Shown here one piece after another: positions 48,701 through 62,500 of a stretch of DNA of 64,000 nucleotides (its first letter is position 1; the number at the start of each line of letters is the position of its first letter). Both the position numbers and the translations under genes were made by a program. The notes beneath the pieces are model-generated. The model ran no database searches, had not been told where the DNA came from, and was given only the letters and a program-made list of their open reading frames with translations. The DNA is taken from NCBI RefSeq assembly GCF_964355755.1, contig NC_092671.1, positions 13,516,001-13,580,000 on the forward strand, given 5' to 3'. The stretch is from Antedon mediterranea. Lineage: Eukaryota > Animalia > Echinodermata.

Positions 48701-51700
48701 ATCTCCTATCTTTATATCACATGTTTTTAACATTATGTAACAACTACAGGACATGAATACTAAGGTGTATAATATCCTTGTTGTAAAAAAATATAGCTGA
48801 TAACTAATACTAATACTGTACTGTTTCCAAAGAGAGGAATGTATGTTGAAATTTGTGTCATTAAATGTGGTTTCCTATTGTTTGTCCATATATGGTTATT
48901 CTTTTGAAATATTACATAATTTCAGATGCATTCGATTTAGCATCAAGGCTTACGCATAAATGAATAGACCTTAATTAGGAGGAAATATGTAAATAATATG
49001 CGTTGACCTACCGTCAAATGATATTTTAATATCATAATTTACATAACAAAAATCATGCCTCGAAGAATGCATCTGCAAGTGGAAACAATTCTAAGCCATG
49101 TTAAACAAAAGTTGTGTTTCTCGTTCCCCCTTCTTCTATCATGATAAAAGAATACAATCAATACATACCTGTATTAAACAACCTAAGGTATAAAACACCC
49201 TACAAAATGTTACATGTTAATACCAAACTCAGAGAGTCGTGCTTAATGAAAATAAGCATGTAGCGTATATTATACAGTAGTCACAACTTTGAACTGATGT
49301 ATACTTTATTCTACAAATCCCGCACTGACAACAATAATATAATATTTGTGTAAAATTATGTTACTGTATATCATTTATGCATAGGTTTTCATTTTCTTAT
49401 TTCGAATTTTATAAGTGAAGTTGAATATTCCCTCTGGTTGATGTCTAAGAGTAGACGTATAACGAATCTGGAGCATTATCGATACATATACCTCCCATGA
49501 GAGAAAAATCAGCTGCAGTTTTAAACGCTAAAAATAATTTGTAAAATGATATTTGCACGGTTACACGAAAGACATAGTTTACATGATTTGTTCTACATTT
49601 ATACATGATTTTCGTAGAAGATGATAAAGTCGCATCTGCATCTGCAGGTACTGTGTACCCCTCTACTGTAATTATATTACAAAATATGATAATATGCATC
49701 TTAATATATGTACATCATTCTAGAGTTTAGACAAAAAACTTCCTCCAATTCTGTGAATGACTCATAAATTCTGCTGTGTTTATCTTTTTCAATTGTTGTT
49801 TTTTTATTGCTTCTCTTAACTGAATATAGGCACTTTCATATTCTTTTGTTATTAACATAATTATATTGATTACATTTTTAAATTAAAAATATGAAAACCT
49901 GAACAAAGAAACAGCTCTCTTTGTAGCCAAGCTGTGAATAAATGAAACATCTTATTTGCTAAGTAACAACAGGAAGATATTCAGTACACAGTACCTCCAT
50001 AAACAAAATCAACAAGTATATATGTTATGGGTGGGAGTTGAACCCAATAAGCAGTATTCTTAACTTCTATTGATGTAAATATTAATTTTAGTAGCGAATA
50101 TACAGTTATTTTAATCTCTAATTAAAATTATTTTGAATGTTTTAATTAGGAGCATATGGTGTTCATACGAGAACAAGAAATGTGACCTCTAATTATAATC
50201 GAAGGGTTTCTTTAATCAGAGTCCTTCACTACAATGAGCCTGTACAGCAAATCTAACCGTTAAAATTTAGTTATATCATCGAGAATAGGACAGAGCTGAA
50301 GTACGTACAAAACAAACTTTTTCAAAATGCTGATTATATTGCGTTTAAAATATAATATTTAACTAATATCATGTGATAATAATATGAACTTACAGAAATA
50401 TAATGGGAAAGTCTTGTTTCTTATTTCATATGTACAATTGGAACCATACTATTATTAGTGAAACATCAAGAAAGCCATTATTACTATCAGGCCATTATTT
50501 GTTTAATAAAGCACACACCTCCTGCCAAGGCACACACTGTACACTATGAATTAGTAGAATTGTAAATGTTTTAGATTAAGGCTTGCTTTCCATTCCAAAT
50601 CGTAGTACAAGGTTTTGTAGTAAATAAAATTTTTTTTTAAATAATATTTCAATTTAATCCTCACAGTTTATAACTATAATTTTTATCAAATTGATATCAT
50701 TTTTTTTGTTATTATTATAATCACTATCTTTTATTATAATTTCTATAAAACAGTATGGCCTACAGAAAGGCCTGCAGTTGTACTTAAAATCTGTGTTACA
50801 ATAAAAATATTTTCAAGAAATACGATTTGAATCAATCTGCAATTCATAAACTATGTTTAACATAAGATATAGTGGAAAAAAATTACATTAGATACTATCA
50901 AAGATTGCCATAGGAATATTAATCTAATTTCTTTAGTGTTTTTCAGAAATTTGAATAACAAAAGAAGTAATAAAATTGGATTGCTGCAACACAATTACTG
51001 AAGATATATCGTAGTCATGTAGACGGTTCATCTGTCAACCTGATTTTATCTAAATTTCATATTTTAAATGAAACAATTATTACGATAGCTTGTATTTCCT
51101 AAGAAAGAAATGTTATCGATATTAAGCTACCTGCCATCTTCTGACAATTAAGCTTTATATTTCATCTGTTCAAACAATAGTTGATATAGAATAACTATCT
51201 AGTTAAAGTTACCATGATAAAAGGAGAATAGTCTGTCGGGAATAGTGACATAATGTTGTCATAATTCACACAGGCCAATTTACAGCTTTATATCTGTAAC
51301 GTTATCTTGATAATTTTTTTTGCTTTTCATGTGAGTGGTTGGCACAGAAATTACAAACGAGGTTGGATTTTTAATTAGTGAAATTGGTCAAAAAAAGGAA
51401 TCAAAAGTAGTAGGCCTACAACAATGTAATACAGCCCAGATGCATCTTGAATATTTGTAGGTCTATGCCACACAAAAACTCAATTGCATTGTCTTAATTG
51501 AATGAAAATGCACTGTAATCACAGAGACAATTTCATACATTTTATATATATTATATATTCTCTAATACAGGTTTAACTGGTATAAATTATATTTGCTGCT
51601 GAAAAAAACATCTATAGCTTTAGTCAAAGTAAACTCGTGTTTTGCTTCATCATAACAAGAACAAGAACCATGTCTAATTTGAATTTAATATTTATTAAAT

Positions 51701-51800
51701 GATTAAAGCGATGACTGCCTCCACCAAATACCTGTTGTTTGCGTGTCTTTGATGCTTGGAAGAGCTAGATACTTGTTTGCATAACAAAAGCTAATTTGTC

Positions 51801-51865
51801 TCTGAATAGTCAAGTCTCAATAGAGAATTCTGAATAGTCAAGTCTCAATAGACAAGTCTGAATAG
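51801..51865. repeat. 28-bp tandem repeat (~2.3 copies)
   Basis: tctgaatagtcaagtctcaataga repeated. Confidence 0.8.
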
Positions 51866-53564
51866 GAAAGTGAAATAATTGTAACAAGGCTTAGATACCT
51901 ATTGTACAGAATAACAAACCACGTCCATTGTTCTTTCTAATGATCTTGCCAAACTCTTGCATAATGTACAATACATGGCTAATTCTCATGTTTCTATACT
52001 ATATTCAACAATCAATCATGTTTACAACACCGCAATTAATAAACCTGAATATGACAACATTAGATGAAAAAATTCAAATGAGCACTACGAAAAATTCAAA
52101 TGAGCGCTACATAAACTTATGCAACCAACTGTATCGAAAATTTTATCCAGAAACTATCAATAAAAATGTTATTTTAAAATAATAATAAATGTTCTCCATC
52201 CAAATACATACTATATCAATATGGTTAAAAATATTATCCAATCCAATATTTTATATAATAATGCTAATGTTATTGGTTTGTTTCAGCTAACATACGTTGA
52301 CAATTTTTTGCAAAAAGAAATCAAACGCAGGGGAACCTGTTGCACTTGCAGTTAAACTAGATAATAAATTTATTCTAAAAAAAACTGTTTTTTATGACCG
52401 ATTTCTGCTATACATTATCATCAGTTAGGCTCAATTTTGTTAAGTTTCTTCAATTTAATATCTTTTGTTTCCATAGTGTCTATTTCATTGCCCTTTGGGC
52501 CAATAACAATCTTATACTGGCCGCCCATCAATTTTAGGAGTCCAACAGCAAACGCAAGACAATTTCAAAGAAATCTTATACAGTATAATAAAGCACTCGT
52601 TTTATACAGTAAAAAATGCTGAAAGCTGTCTTAATGAATTCCATGGCTTTCATAATTTTATGTGCATTATGAAGGAAACGAAAGCTTAGGAGCAGCGTAT
52701 GTTGTGTCAAAAGTGGCTTTGTAATCATTTAAGATGTAAATCTTTATGTTAAAACATCATTAAAAACACACTTTTCCTTAATCCCTTATAATAAATAAAA
52801 TATAAAAATCTGATAAAGTGTAACGTGTATATGTTGACAGGTGGCATTTAAAATGTTGCCACTGAAAAAAGAACATGAAAGGATTTAAGCAGAAATTTAA
52901 TTTAGTATAACTACAATAACATGTTGGTTATTGAAAAATATTTGTCTTTTTGTGACATATTCATTTTACATTATTGTGAAAATTCCAAATGTTTGTATGC
53001 TCTCCATATATGTTTGTTTGTTTTTTATTTTGTTAATATTGTTTTAATTGTAATATTTAGCTAAATAGTTATTGAAGAAAATGGCATTAAATGAGAAACA
53101 GAACAACTTGTTAGTCAAATTGACCTAAATAATTGGACTATAATAATTGCTAATTAAATATGCCAATTTGTAGTAGTAACTGAATACTACAAAATCATAA
53201 AAGACACGAACTAAAGAAATTGTGTATCAAATCTGTTTGTTCATTGATCCTGTACAACTAGCATTGTGTCATTTACTTGAAATCAATCCTATACAGTTGA
53301 TTTTTATCCTTGAATGATCAGGAGCAAAAAGCCATAAATGAAAACATTATGTCGGTGTTCAAGCAGAAAATGCGCCAAGCTTTTGGCTAAAATAAAGCGA
53401 GTAGACACTTTAGTCAAGTAAACATGCATTGATTATGAGCTAATAAAATAAATATAAGAAAGGTAAATAGTTTGCGATGTTAAGTGTGTACAGGTTGAAC
53501 AATTAAGCACACCTTAAGTGGTCTATTTGACCCCTTCAGGTAGACCTACAGAATTCATAGTTAA

Positions 53565-54185
53565 AGACCCCTTCCCTGCAATTTTGGACGTTTTTTGGAA
53601 AATAATACACATCACTTTAAAAACATTAAACCATGTCATTCCCTGTCTTAAATGTACGTTTTATGGTAAATTATGATAAAAAGTGAGAAACAATGCACTA
53701 CCTAAGTAGCTCGCGGCGATCGACCTCTCGTGGACGGTCTTAGGCCTAGCCTAGCTAGGCTTAGTTTTGTAGGCCTAGCTGGTAAACATCGGTAACGTAC
53801 GAACATCGTACGCTAGCTATATACCTAGCCTGACGTTGTATAGTTGCTGCATTAATTTTCTTTCTATTTTTGCCAGACTCCGTTGATACAAATTGGGGAA
53901 AACCCGGTATTTTCGCTGAAAAGTTAGGAGTCTTCCATTTGTTTTGGCTTCACGATCGATCGAAAAGTGGGCGAAGTACAGGTGAAAAACAAAAATATCA
54001 ATCCGCGCGCAATGCATTTTGGGATTTATAGCGGGCCGCTATAATTATTAGAATCGACTTATTTTTCCATTTTTAACCGTTTAAAGACGAAAAAAGTTAT
54101 TGCAATAGGACCATATAGTATTATTTTTACATTAAATATAGTTTGTGATCTTAAATTAGATCTAAAAAACGTAGGGAAGAGGGCT
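53565..54185. mobile_element. Non-autonomous Kolobok-like transposon (~620 bp)
   Basis: TTAA TSD (53561-53564, 54186-54189); AG-starting imperfect TIRs agaccccttccct / agggaagagggct; a second partial copy at 3373-3512. Confidence 0.8.
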
Positions 54186-57100
54186 TTAAATGGTATAGTA
54201 ATCTGTTATTACCAATTGTGTTTATACATTTTGACATTCTATTGTATTTCTTTATGTAAAGTATATAATCACATGTGATAATAATGTATTGTTAAGAAAC
54301 CGGTGTCCCAGGCTAGTCTTCTCATAACAAAAAATAAATGTAGTCATTTTAACAATCAGTCGAGTATAATATAGATTTGCGATAATGTAGTCAATATTTT
54401 CTATGTGGGGAAGATCATGTACATGATAATTTAGTCGGTCACAAAATAAATTTGTTTTAAAAATCATATCATTGATAAGATTTTGACTGACATTAAATTT
54501 CAGTTACCTTTCTAAATTTATTAATAAATATGTTTGCCAATTGATTTGGACTTTATATGAATACGCCTGTCATAGGTTCAAACATATGTCAAATTTATGA
54601 TGGACTTACAGGTATTACAAAATGTAGTGGTTTGGTCTCTTTCATCTTATTAAATTAATGTGTTTTTCAGGGAACTGCTAATATATTTAGCAATTAATTA
54701 ATTATTTGTATACAATAACTATTTTTTATTTTTATTTTGAATAGAAAAGTAATACACTGAGAATATACAGGGGAAGTAAGGCATTTGTTTTCATTGATTC
54801 TAATTAAGTGATATTAAGAAACCTGGATCAGACCCATGGGAGGTTCAATGTAGTTAAAATATGAGTGTAACAGTTGGTCAGAGTAACTATTCATATAATA
54901 AGTTTGCACTGTCGAATGACAGCACAACTATTAGAAAGGTGTTGATTCTAATAGAAATCGTGTCTTGCAATATTAATGAAAATATTTTAATTGAAGATAT
55001 GTTTATAAATGTAGTTGACTGTAAACTTGAAGGTCATAAGCAAAATTGCTCGGTGCAATACAGAACAGAATAGAAAGTCAAGAACGCTAGTTTCACGAGT
55101 AGGCCTACCTCAGCCATCAGGAAGCACCAGAAGCTACTACTGTAGGCCTACTCTTCATGAAACAGCCTGTAGTGAATCAAAAAGTTATAACTAGCGTCTT
55201 ATTTATTCTATGTTTTTAAATTATTTAAAAAAAAAATGTATGCACAGTATTAGTTACAGTACAAACTTAGTATCTGACATAACATAATATTAGCAAACTT
55301 CAGGAAATACAACCTACATTAAGAAACGGGTCATATAGACTTTGGTACAACTTTATTGTCTTAATACGTCAGTAACCTACTTTGAATGTAATTAAGATGA
55401 CTCAATGTTATAAGTAGGTTTATATGCCCAGAGTAAATACAGGTGATTATTAGTAAAGTTGGTATTAAAAATGTACTTTAAAAACAATACGTAAACTCAT
55501 TCTGAAATGTTTAATCCTATAGTATAATATATCTTATAATTGCAAATTATGTAGAATAGGCATATTTAATCAAATGAACTTCTGCAACAAATTTTAATCT
55601 TAATGTCGCATTATATATTAACAAATATTAGAAGTTAATTCTACTAATCCAAGACAATGTATCACTTAAGTTTATTACTATTGGGAAATATAGCCATGAA
55701 TTCTAATAGCACCCAAGCAGTTTACTTTGTAGTCAGCTTTTTTTTTTGCACTGGATTCAAATTACTCACACTGACAACTTTAAAGTTACAATGCCATTCC
55801 TGAATAAGCCAGGATTATGCATCTTAAAGCCTTCTTACTTTGTATGGTCACTTATAATAAACATCCTTAAATTTTGAATACAACTATTGTTATGAATCAG
55901 ACCTGTGAATAATAATGGCTCTTGGGATAGCAGCAAGCAAGGTAATTCTGCAGGCTAGATTATGTAACATAAAAGAAAGGTGTAGGATTGGATAGCACAA
56001 TGTTAAAATATATATATAACATCAAAGATGGGTATGTTTACTGATTGCAAGAAGCCATTCAATTGGCTTAGAATTAGAAATGATATTTGCTGGACTTTCC
56101 ACTAAATATATAAAGTAATAATTATAAGTGATATTAAAACGTAATGTATTTCTGTCCAATCAGCATGTATTTACTAGTTAGTATTTTGGGAATGTAATTT
56201 ATTCACATAAGTAGTTAGAATTAAGGACTATCTATTCATAATGGCGTGGGACAAAAACTTGTTGGTAGGCAAAGCTGTGGAATTATACATGCTTTACCGA
56301 GCATGACTTAGACGTGGGACCCAGCAACACAAAAGCGTAATACATTTGTCAGTAGGTACCGAGTCTCACAGACTTGACGTCTTCCTTTGACAATAGGACT
56401 ACAACATGAATGAAATCAAAACCACAGACCGCTTCTAAATGCTATTGGGTGTCTAAACATGCTTCTTATAAAGTTCTGTAATGACGATAATATTTCAAAG
56501 TAATCAATAGCAAAGTTATCATTAATAGTAATTCCAGTCACATACATTTCAGTGACTTTGTTGTTTTTTGGCAAACAAAATTCTCTAATTACAAACACGT
56601 TACGCCTTTCTTCATTCAACTCATAACTTTAAACAGTATTTTCTTTCTAAATACATTTATGTCAATAAAACTATAATAAATTGTAAATTTTTCCAAAAAA
56701 AATCTGTAATTCTTTATAGGTTAAGATGAAGGGAATATTCATTACTGTATTTGCTTCAAAGCTACTCCAACTCAATGTGGCTTATTAAACAGAATATTTC
56801 CATAATGAATTACTATACTAGCCTATATAAATGGGAGCCAGTATATAAAAACGAATAAATAAATTACTGTACCGTTGGTTAAAACATAGAGCTAACTCTA
56901 TTATATCAATTATCAGTTGAACTTTAGTTAAAGAGCATAATGACAAATCTGTCTTTACATTCAGATTTTATCATTTAAATCTGTAAATATCAACATTTGA
57001 ATTGTGTTTAAAGTTGACTGGCAAGCTATTCAAATACCCAATTATAAGCACTTATACACTATGCTTGAAGGCAGGTATGACAATGATACCCAAATACCAA

Positions 57101-59386
57101 CAAGCCTACAAAATTCTATCTTATAACAAAAGTGGGTTAATGCACAATTGTATACGAATTTTAGGGTAGGTGTTGATGTTTCATGGTGTGGGATTTCTAG
57201 ACAAAAGGAAAGGTTTACACAGTAACTTAATAAATTGAATACAATGGAGAAGGATATTTAATGGATTTTAAAAGACTAAACATTACGTCAACTAGTAGTC
57301 TAATTACGTAGTAAATAATAATTTCTTTTATTTACTGTATGTTTGTTAAAAATGTGTGACAAAATTTACTGTAAGTGTAAGATTATTAAACAAATTCTAC
57401 TAATATATACAGGAGGTAGTAAATTAATTACTGGCTTGGTGACAAGGATTTAAAAATGAAAAACAAATTCAGATCAGATTTAATTTTGACATCACTTTTA
57501 ATGCATTGACAATGTCTATAAATCTTCTATATAGGTTTTCTTACACTATAGACAACCAGCATAAAATATTGTTATAATTAGGCATTAATTTTATTGTCAA
57601 ATTGCTATAGTAGTTTCATGGAAAGTCAAACTAGACAGGCTAACAATAGTGCATCAGTGCATCTCACAGATAATAAAAGATAAATACCACTGTCCATAAA
57701 TGGTACAGTCCTCAAACCACACCCTCAACCACACCTTCGCCATTATACAAAATAGTCACACAAAAGACTAACCAACCAGAAAATATTCTACAATGACAAT
57801 CAATCATATTATATTTACATTATTTTTTTAATTCTAAGTCAGTGTACAGTTTACTGTATATATTCATTTTTTACTCAGCTTATTCACTCGGTTTGTCCCA
57901 AATTATCATATGCAAAAAATCGAGTTATTATACCCAATTAAACTTTCCACAGGTTAAATATTCTATAAAATGAAGCTACATTATATTAAATTATATAATC
58001 AATTATATAATATCAATTGTTACGTTTCTAAATTTGAATATTTTAACTTGCTAATGAATATTTACTTTATGGCATCACAGTTATTTGTAAGCGCATTTAT
58101 TTATATTGTTGAGTGGCATGGTTAGAAAAGCATATATTTACAAGGTTTGCGCAGTTTGGCAATACTCTATATTTACCAAATGAATACAACTGAATTTGCA
58201 ATCGCCACAATTAAAACAATACCTTCAGATGATGCATTCAATCCACACACAGCTGTTTGTTCAATGTGGATCTGCATATTGATATTACTTGTTGATATTC
58301 TAAAATTCAAATAATAATTTGGTAATGAAATTTTGTTACAAGCATGAACATCTGCATGTAAGCTGCTAGAAAGAAAGAGAGTAGAGGCCGCTGTAATTGC
58401 CTGCAGGAACTAATTCAAACACCCTTCGGCAACAGGTTGTAGTAATTAATAAAAAAGCACATGAAAAGTACCAATATTATGCAAAGATTTATCCGTATTA
58501 CAACGGTCACTGCAATGTGTACATTTCCATGTAATTGTTGTGGATATAGTCTTACTAAGGCATTATTTGTTTTCACAGAATGTACTATGTGGTTATATGA
58601 GGAGAAATATCAATAAATCAAATCACAAACTATTATTTACTGGCACGATATTAAATTACGAATGTTCTATATTTGTTTAATTGATATTAGTTTCAGGAAA
58701 TTATAACTCTTTTATATTCCTTACAATTATTAATCAGACAACTAAATGTTATACCTACAATAGCACTGCAGTTCTTAGGTTGTTGTGAATAAATCAATGC
58801 TATATTAAATAAATTGTTGACAAATTGTAGAAATGGCAAAGTACGGTATTAAATATTGTAACATTTCATAAAAACATTATTAACTGTATAATTTACAAGG
58901 ACAAATAACAGATATTTCTACTACACAGTATACTACTGTACCTGACATCATTTGAAAAATAAATTTATCATTTAGTCTGTACATCTGCTATTGGAAATAC
59001 ATTACATGTAGCCTTGTTGAGCCCTATGAATTATTGTGTTTTATTCAATAATACTAATTATGTAACAGAAAAAGAAGGGAACTTATTGCTTAATCCTTCT
59101 CAATATGACAACATGTTGAACCAACACACATCATTTACTGAATATATCTGACAATATTCTATTATTAGTGAAATAAATATTCTTATTCTGTTTTAATAAA
59201 AGACAATTATGTCTAAGCAAGAATAGTATTCTACTATTCAATAATCTCACTATTCTCTATTAAACAGAAGTAAAGAAATTAAAACTGCTAAAATAAATTT
59301 TAAAAGCTAAAAATTATGAAAAAAGCTGGAAGATGTCTTACACTATACTATTGATTCACTCACTGTTATGTACTATAAGTACTGTA

Positions 59387-59567
59387 AAGCGTGGTTCCCA
59401 CTAGCGACGCAACACAAGGACGTAACGCAACGCAAGTGAATTGACCAATCACAAGCGATGGCTTATTCGCTTGTGATTGCTAACTGTCTATAACTACGCT
59501 TGTCATTGGTTAAAACGCTTGCGTTGCGTTTACGTCCTTGCGTTACGTTCTAGTGGGAACCAAGCTT
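59387..59567. mobile_element. Palindromic MITE (181 bp), Harbinger/Tourist-like
   Basis: Long TIRs aagcgtggttcccactagcgacgcaacacaaggacgtaacgcaacgcaag / cttgcgttgcgtttacgtccttgcgttacgttctagtgggaaccaagctt; TA (or TWA) flanks. Confidence 0.9.
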
Positions 59568-62500
59568 TAGTTGGAATGTTAAAATTTAACTGACCATGGA
59601 GCAACAAAATAACATTTTATTGCTCCATGAACTAACTAACTAAATACAACTTTGCATATATGATTTATATTTAAATTATGTACAGATTATATTATATATA
59701 CATAGCGAATGCTAAATAAACAAGAGACCAAAATATTAAATGAATGAATCAGAGCAATGAGCCACAAAAGAACTATAACAATAACTCAACTGTACTAAAT
59801 CACATGCTGTTGTAATAAAGGCTACCCTACCCCTAGTTACCATAACCAAAATAGGTATATTCTAACATGACTGTGAGCTTTAACTTGGGTTGATAGGTAA
59901 AGAGCAGATGTGTTAATCATGTAACTAATTCTTTAAGCGATGTTATTTTTACATTGATCAATGGTTCAGCACCTGGTGCTACGAATAAATAATCACTATC
60001 AGAATATTTCAATTATGTTTTAGACTTATGAATATGAATTTAATAAATAAAGGATTGTGTGATATATTATTATAAGTATTATTATCAATGCATATTTTTT
60101 TATTTGAAACTAAAATTGCATCCACATAAAATGTTTTCCAAAGTAGACAGTTACTTAAAAATATGATGTACTACTGTATTCAAGTATCCAATAATGAAAA
60201 TAGGTTCACTCAAACTTAATTGACATGAGCTAGACTAAAAATACCTTTAGCACAATATTCTTACAGAAGTTAAGTTATACTACAGTATATGTAATATTTG
60301 CAGTACACCAAAAGTATTAATAATAATTATGTAATTAATAAATCTGATATATTAAATAGAACAGTTTAATCTACAACAAATCATTAACGATAGAATAATA
60401 AATGTTGTTTGACTTAATGGTACATTTAAAGTAGGTTGTTAAGAACGTATTAATACTGTTACATCCTTGTATAAATCCATACAAATCACATGATTTTAAT
60501 CATCTTTTGTATTCACATATTTCGCTGATTTTAAGTTGAATTACGACATGAATAAGAAAATTTATAAAATGGTTTCATGATACTGTAAATGCTATATTTT
60601 ATTGCTACGAATAGTTATATTAAATGATACTTAAATTATTATTATTTTTGTAAAAAAAAGATTACATGTGTGAGAACTACTGCAAAGGTATGCTTTTTTT
60701 AGGCTTTCAATAAACTACGACAGAAATATCAAAATAACGATATACTGTGTAAGCATATTTATAATATATTTTGAAAAGATATAGTCTTTTCACAATACAA
60801 TTAACATGATACTACATAGAACATTATTATTATTGTTCATTTACCAGCAGCTAAAGTTATTAGTATACATTTTAGCCTGACCATATTCTTAATTTCGATG
60901 ACGTCGAACTTGGAATCTCCCTTGAGTATCTGCTGTCTATGTTCACATGTGTCTAACATGAATCAGGCCACAAATGAACTTGACCAAATCAGGCTATTAA
61001 TGCTTTAGTCACAACCCACAGGCAATTTTCTATTCCATTCGCACCTACTGTCACGTTAATATATATTTACTAATCTTCAGCAGAGAAGTTGTAAGTACAT
61101 TTACGATAATTCTTCTGCATACAATTTGAATTTAGTCAGAATTTATGGTGTAAATCATGTCTAACTGGCTGAGTATTGTTGTTAATGGGCAAAATTTTGT
61201 ATTCAATGATAGATATTTTGAATTAGTGATATATATCAGTGTATAACTGCATAATTTCAAGGAAGATATGCAATTTCAAGGAAGATACTGTATGCTATAT
61301 CTGATCAGACTGGAAAGAGACAACATAGAACAACAGTCTTGTTTTAAACAACGTTGATGGGTATTTTATAATTATAACACAGAGGAATTACTGCTCATTC
61401 TGCCAATTTAAATTTATTTATTCCAAGTTAAAACACTTTTTCATTTAAAAAAAATGTACAGTATTAGAGTTTATTATTATAGAAGTGTGATATGATATAA
61501 GCCTATGAGATTTATATACATATATACTTTCTTCAATTGTCTACACACTAATCAACCAACAGGTTGCAACATAACAATTCGCATACACACAACGCTGCAG
61601 GTAATATTGGTTCGTTTTGATAATTACTCTAATCAATTCGACACGAACTGACACGAGTGGCTTTACAAACGCACAGACGTCGATGCACACTGTACACGTC
61701 AAACTAATTAAACACAACGTTCTACACACTATAATTAGATGCTCTCGTATAATAAAATCCACCGAAATTATAGAAACCCATAACAATGAAAACTGTCCAT
61801 AAAAATGGAATGATTTAACTGTAGTATATATAAGCTGCAAAGTATTCAGGAATAACTTGATATACAGTACTGAACAGACTACAGTATGAATAATTATATT
61901 GAGTACTTTATGAAAATTACTTGTTTATATAGGCAGGTTACAGTATACCAGTAATAGTTCACAAATGTACTTGTCATATTCTACTTGTAGTATATTCCAA
62001 TTGATCTGAGGATCTGTGAATAATAACTAATTTAAATAAATTGAGATATGCATATGTACTAAATACAGTGGGACTTTTTAATATTTTATAGATGTATAAT
62101 ATATTGATCACAATGTTATGGTCAATCAAATTTTACTATAATAAATATACAAAAATATGTAAACAGAGATGGCCTGTTGATTGATCTAACTATTAAGAAT
62201 CATATCAAGTTGCTACTATCTCTCAGTTTATGCATAAACCACTGGCCTGGGGGTATTTCAGACACTGTCTCAGGAGAAGTGGTATTATTTAAGGCAAATA
62301 ATTAATTAAATTTGCAACTGATATTGCAACAACTTTCTGAAAATGTTCTTTGTACTTGTGTCTAAATGTCCTGCTTCATTTAACTTAGTCTTGAAGCAAG
62401 TACTGAGTTTCATGCTCTATACAATGCTAATTGTTATAGAGAACAATTTACATTTTAATATATTACATTTGTTTTGGCTACTTTACTTTTTGGTTATACA

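Noticed and set aside
56245-56320. Two CGTGGGAC motifs as Su(H)/CSL sites
   Set aside because: They deviate from the YGTGRGAA consensus at a key position and there is no other support.
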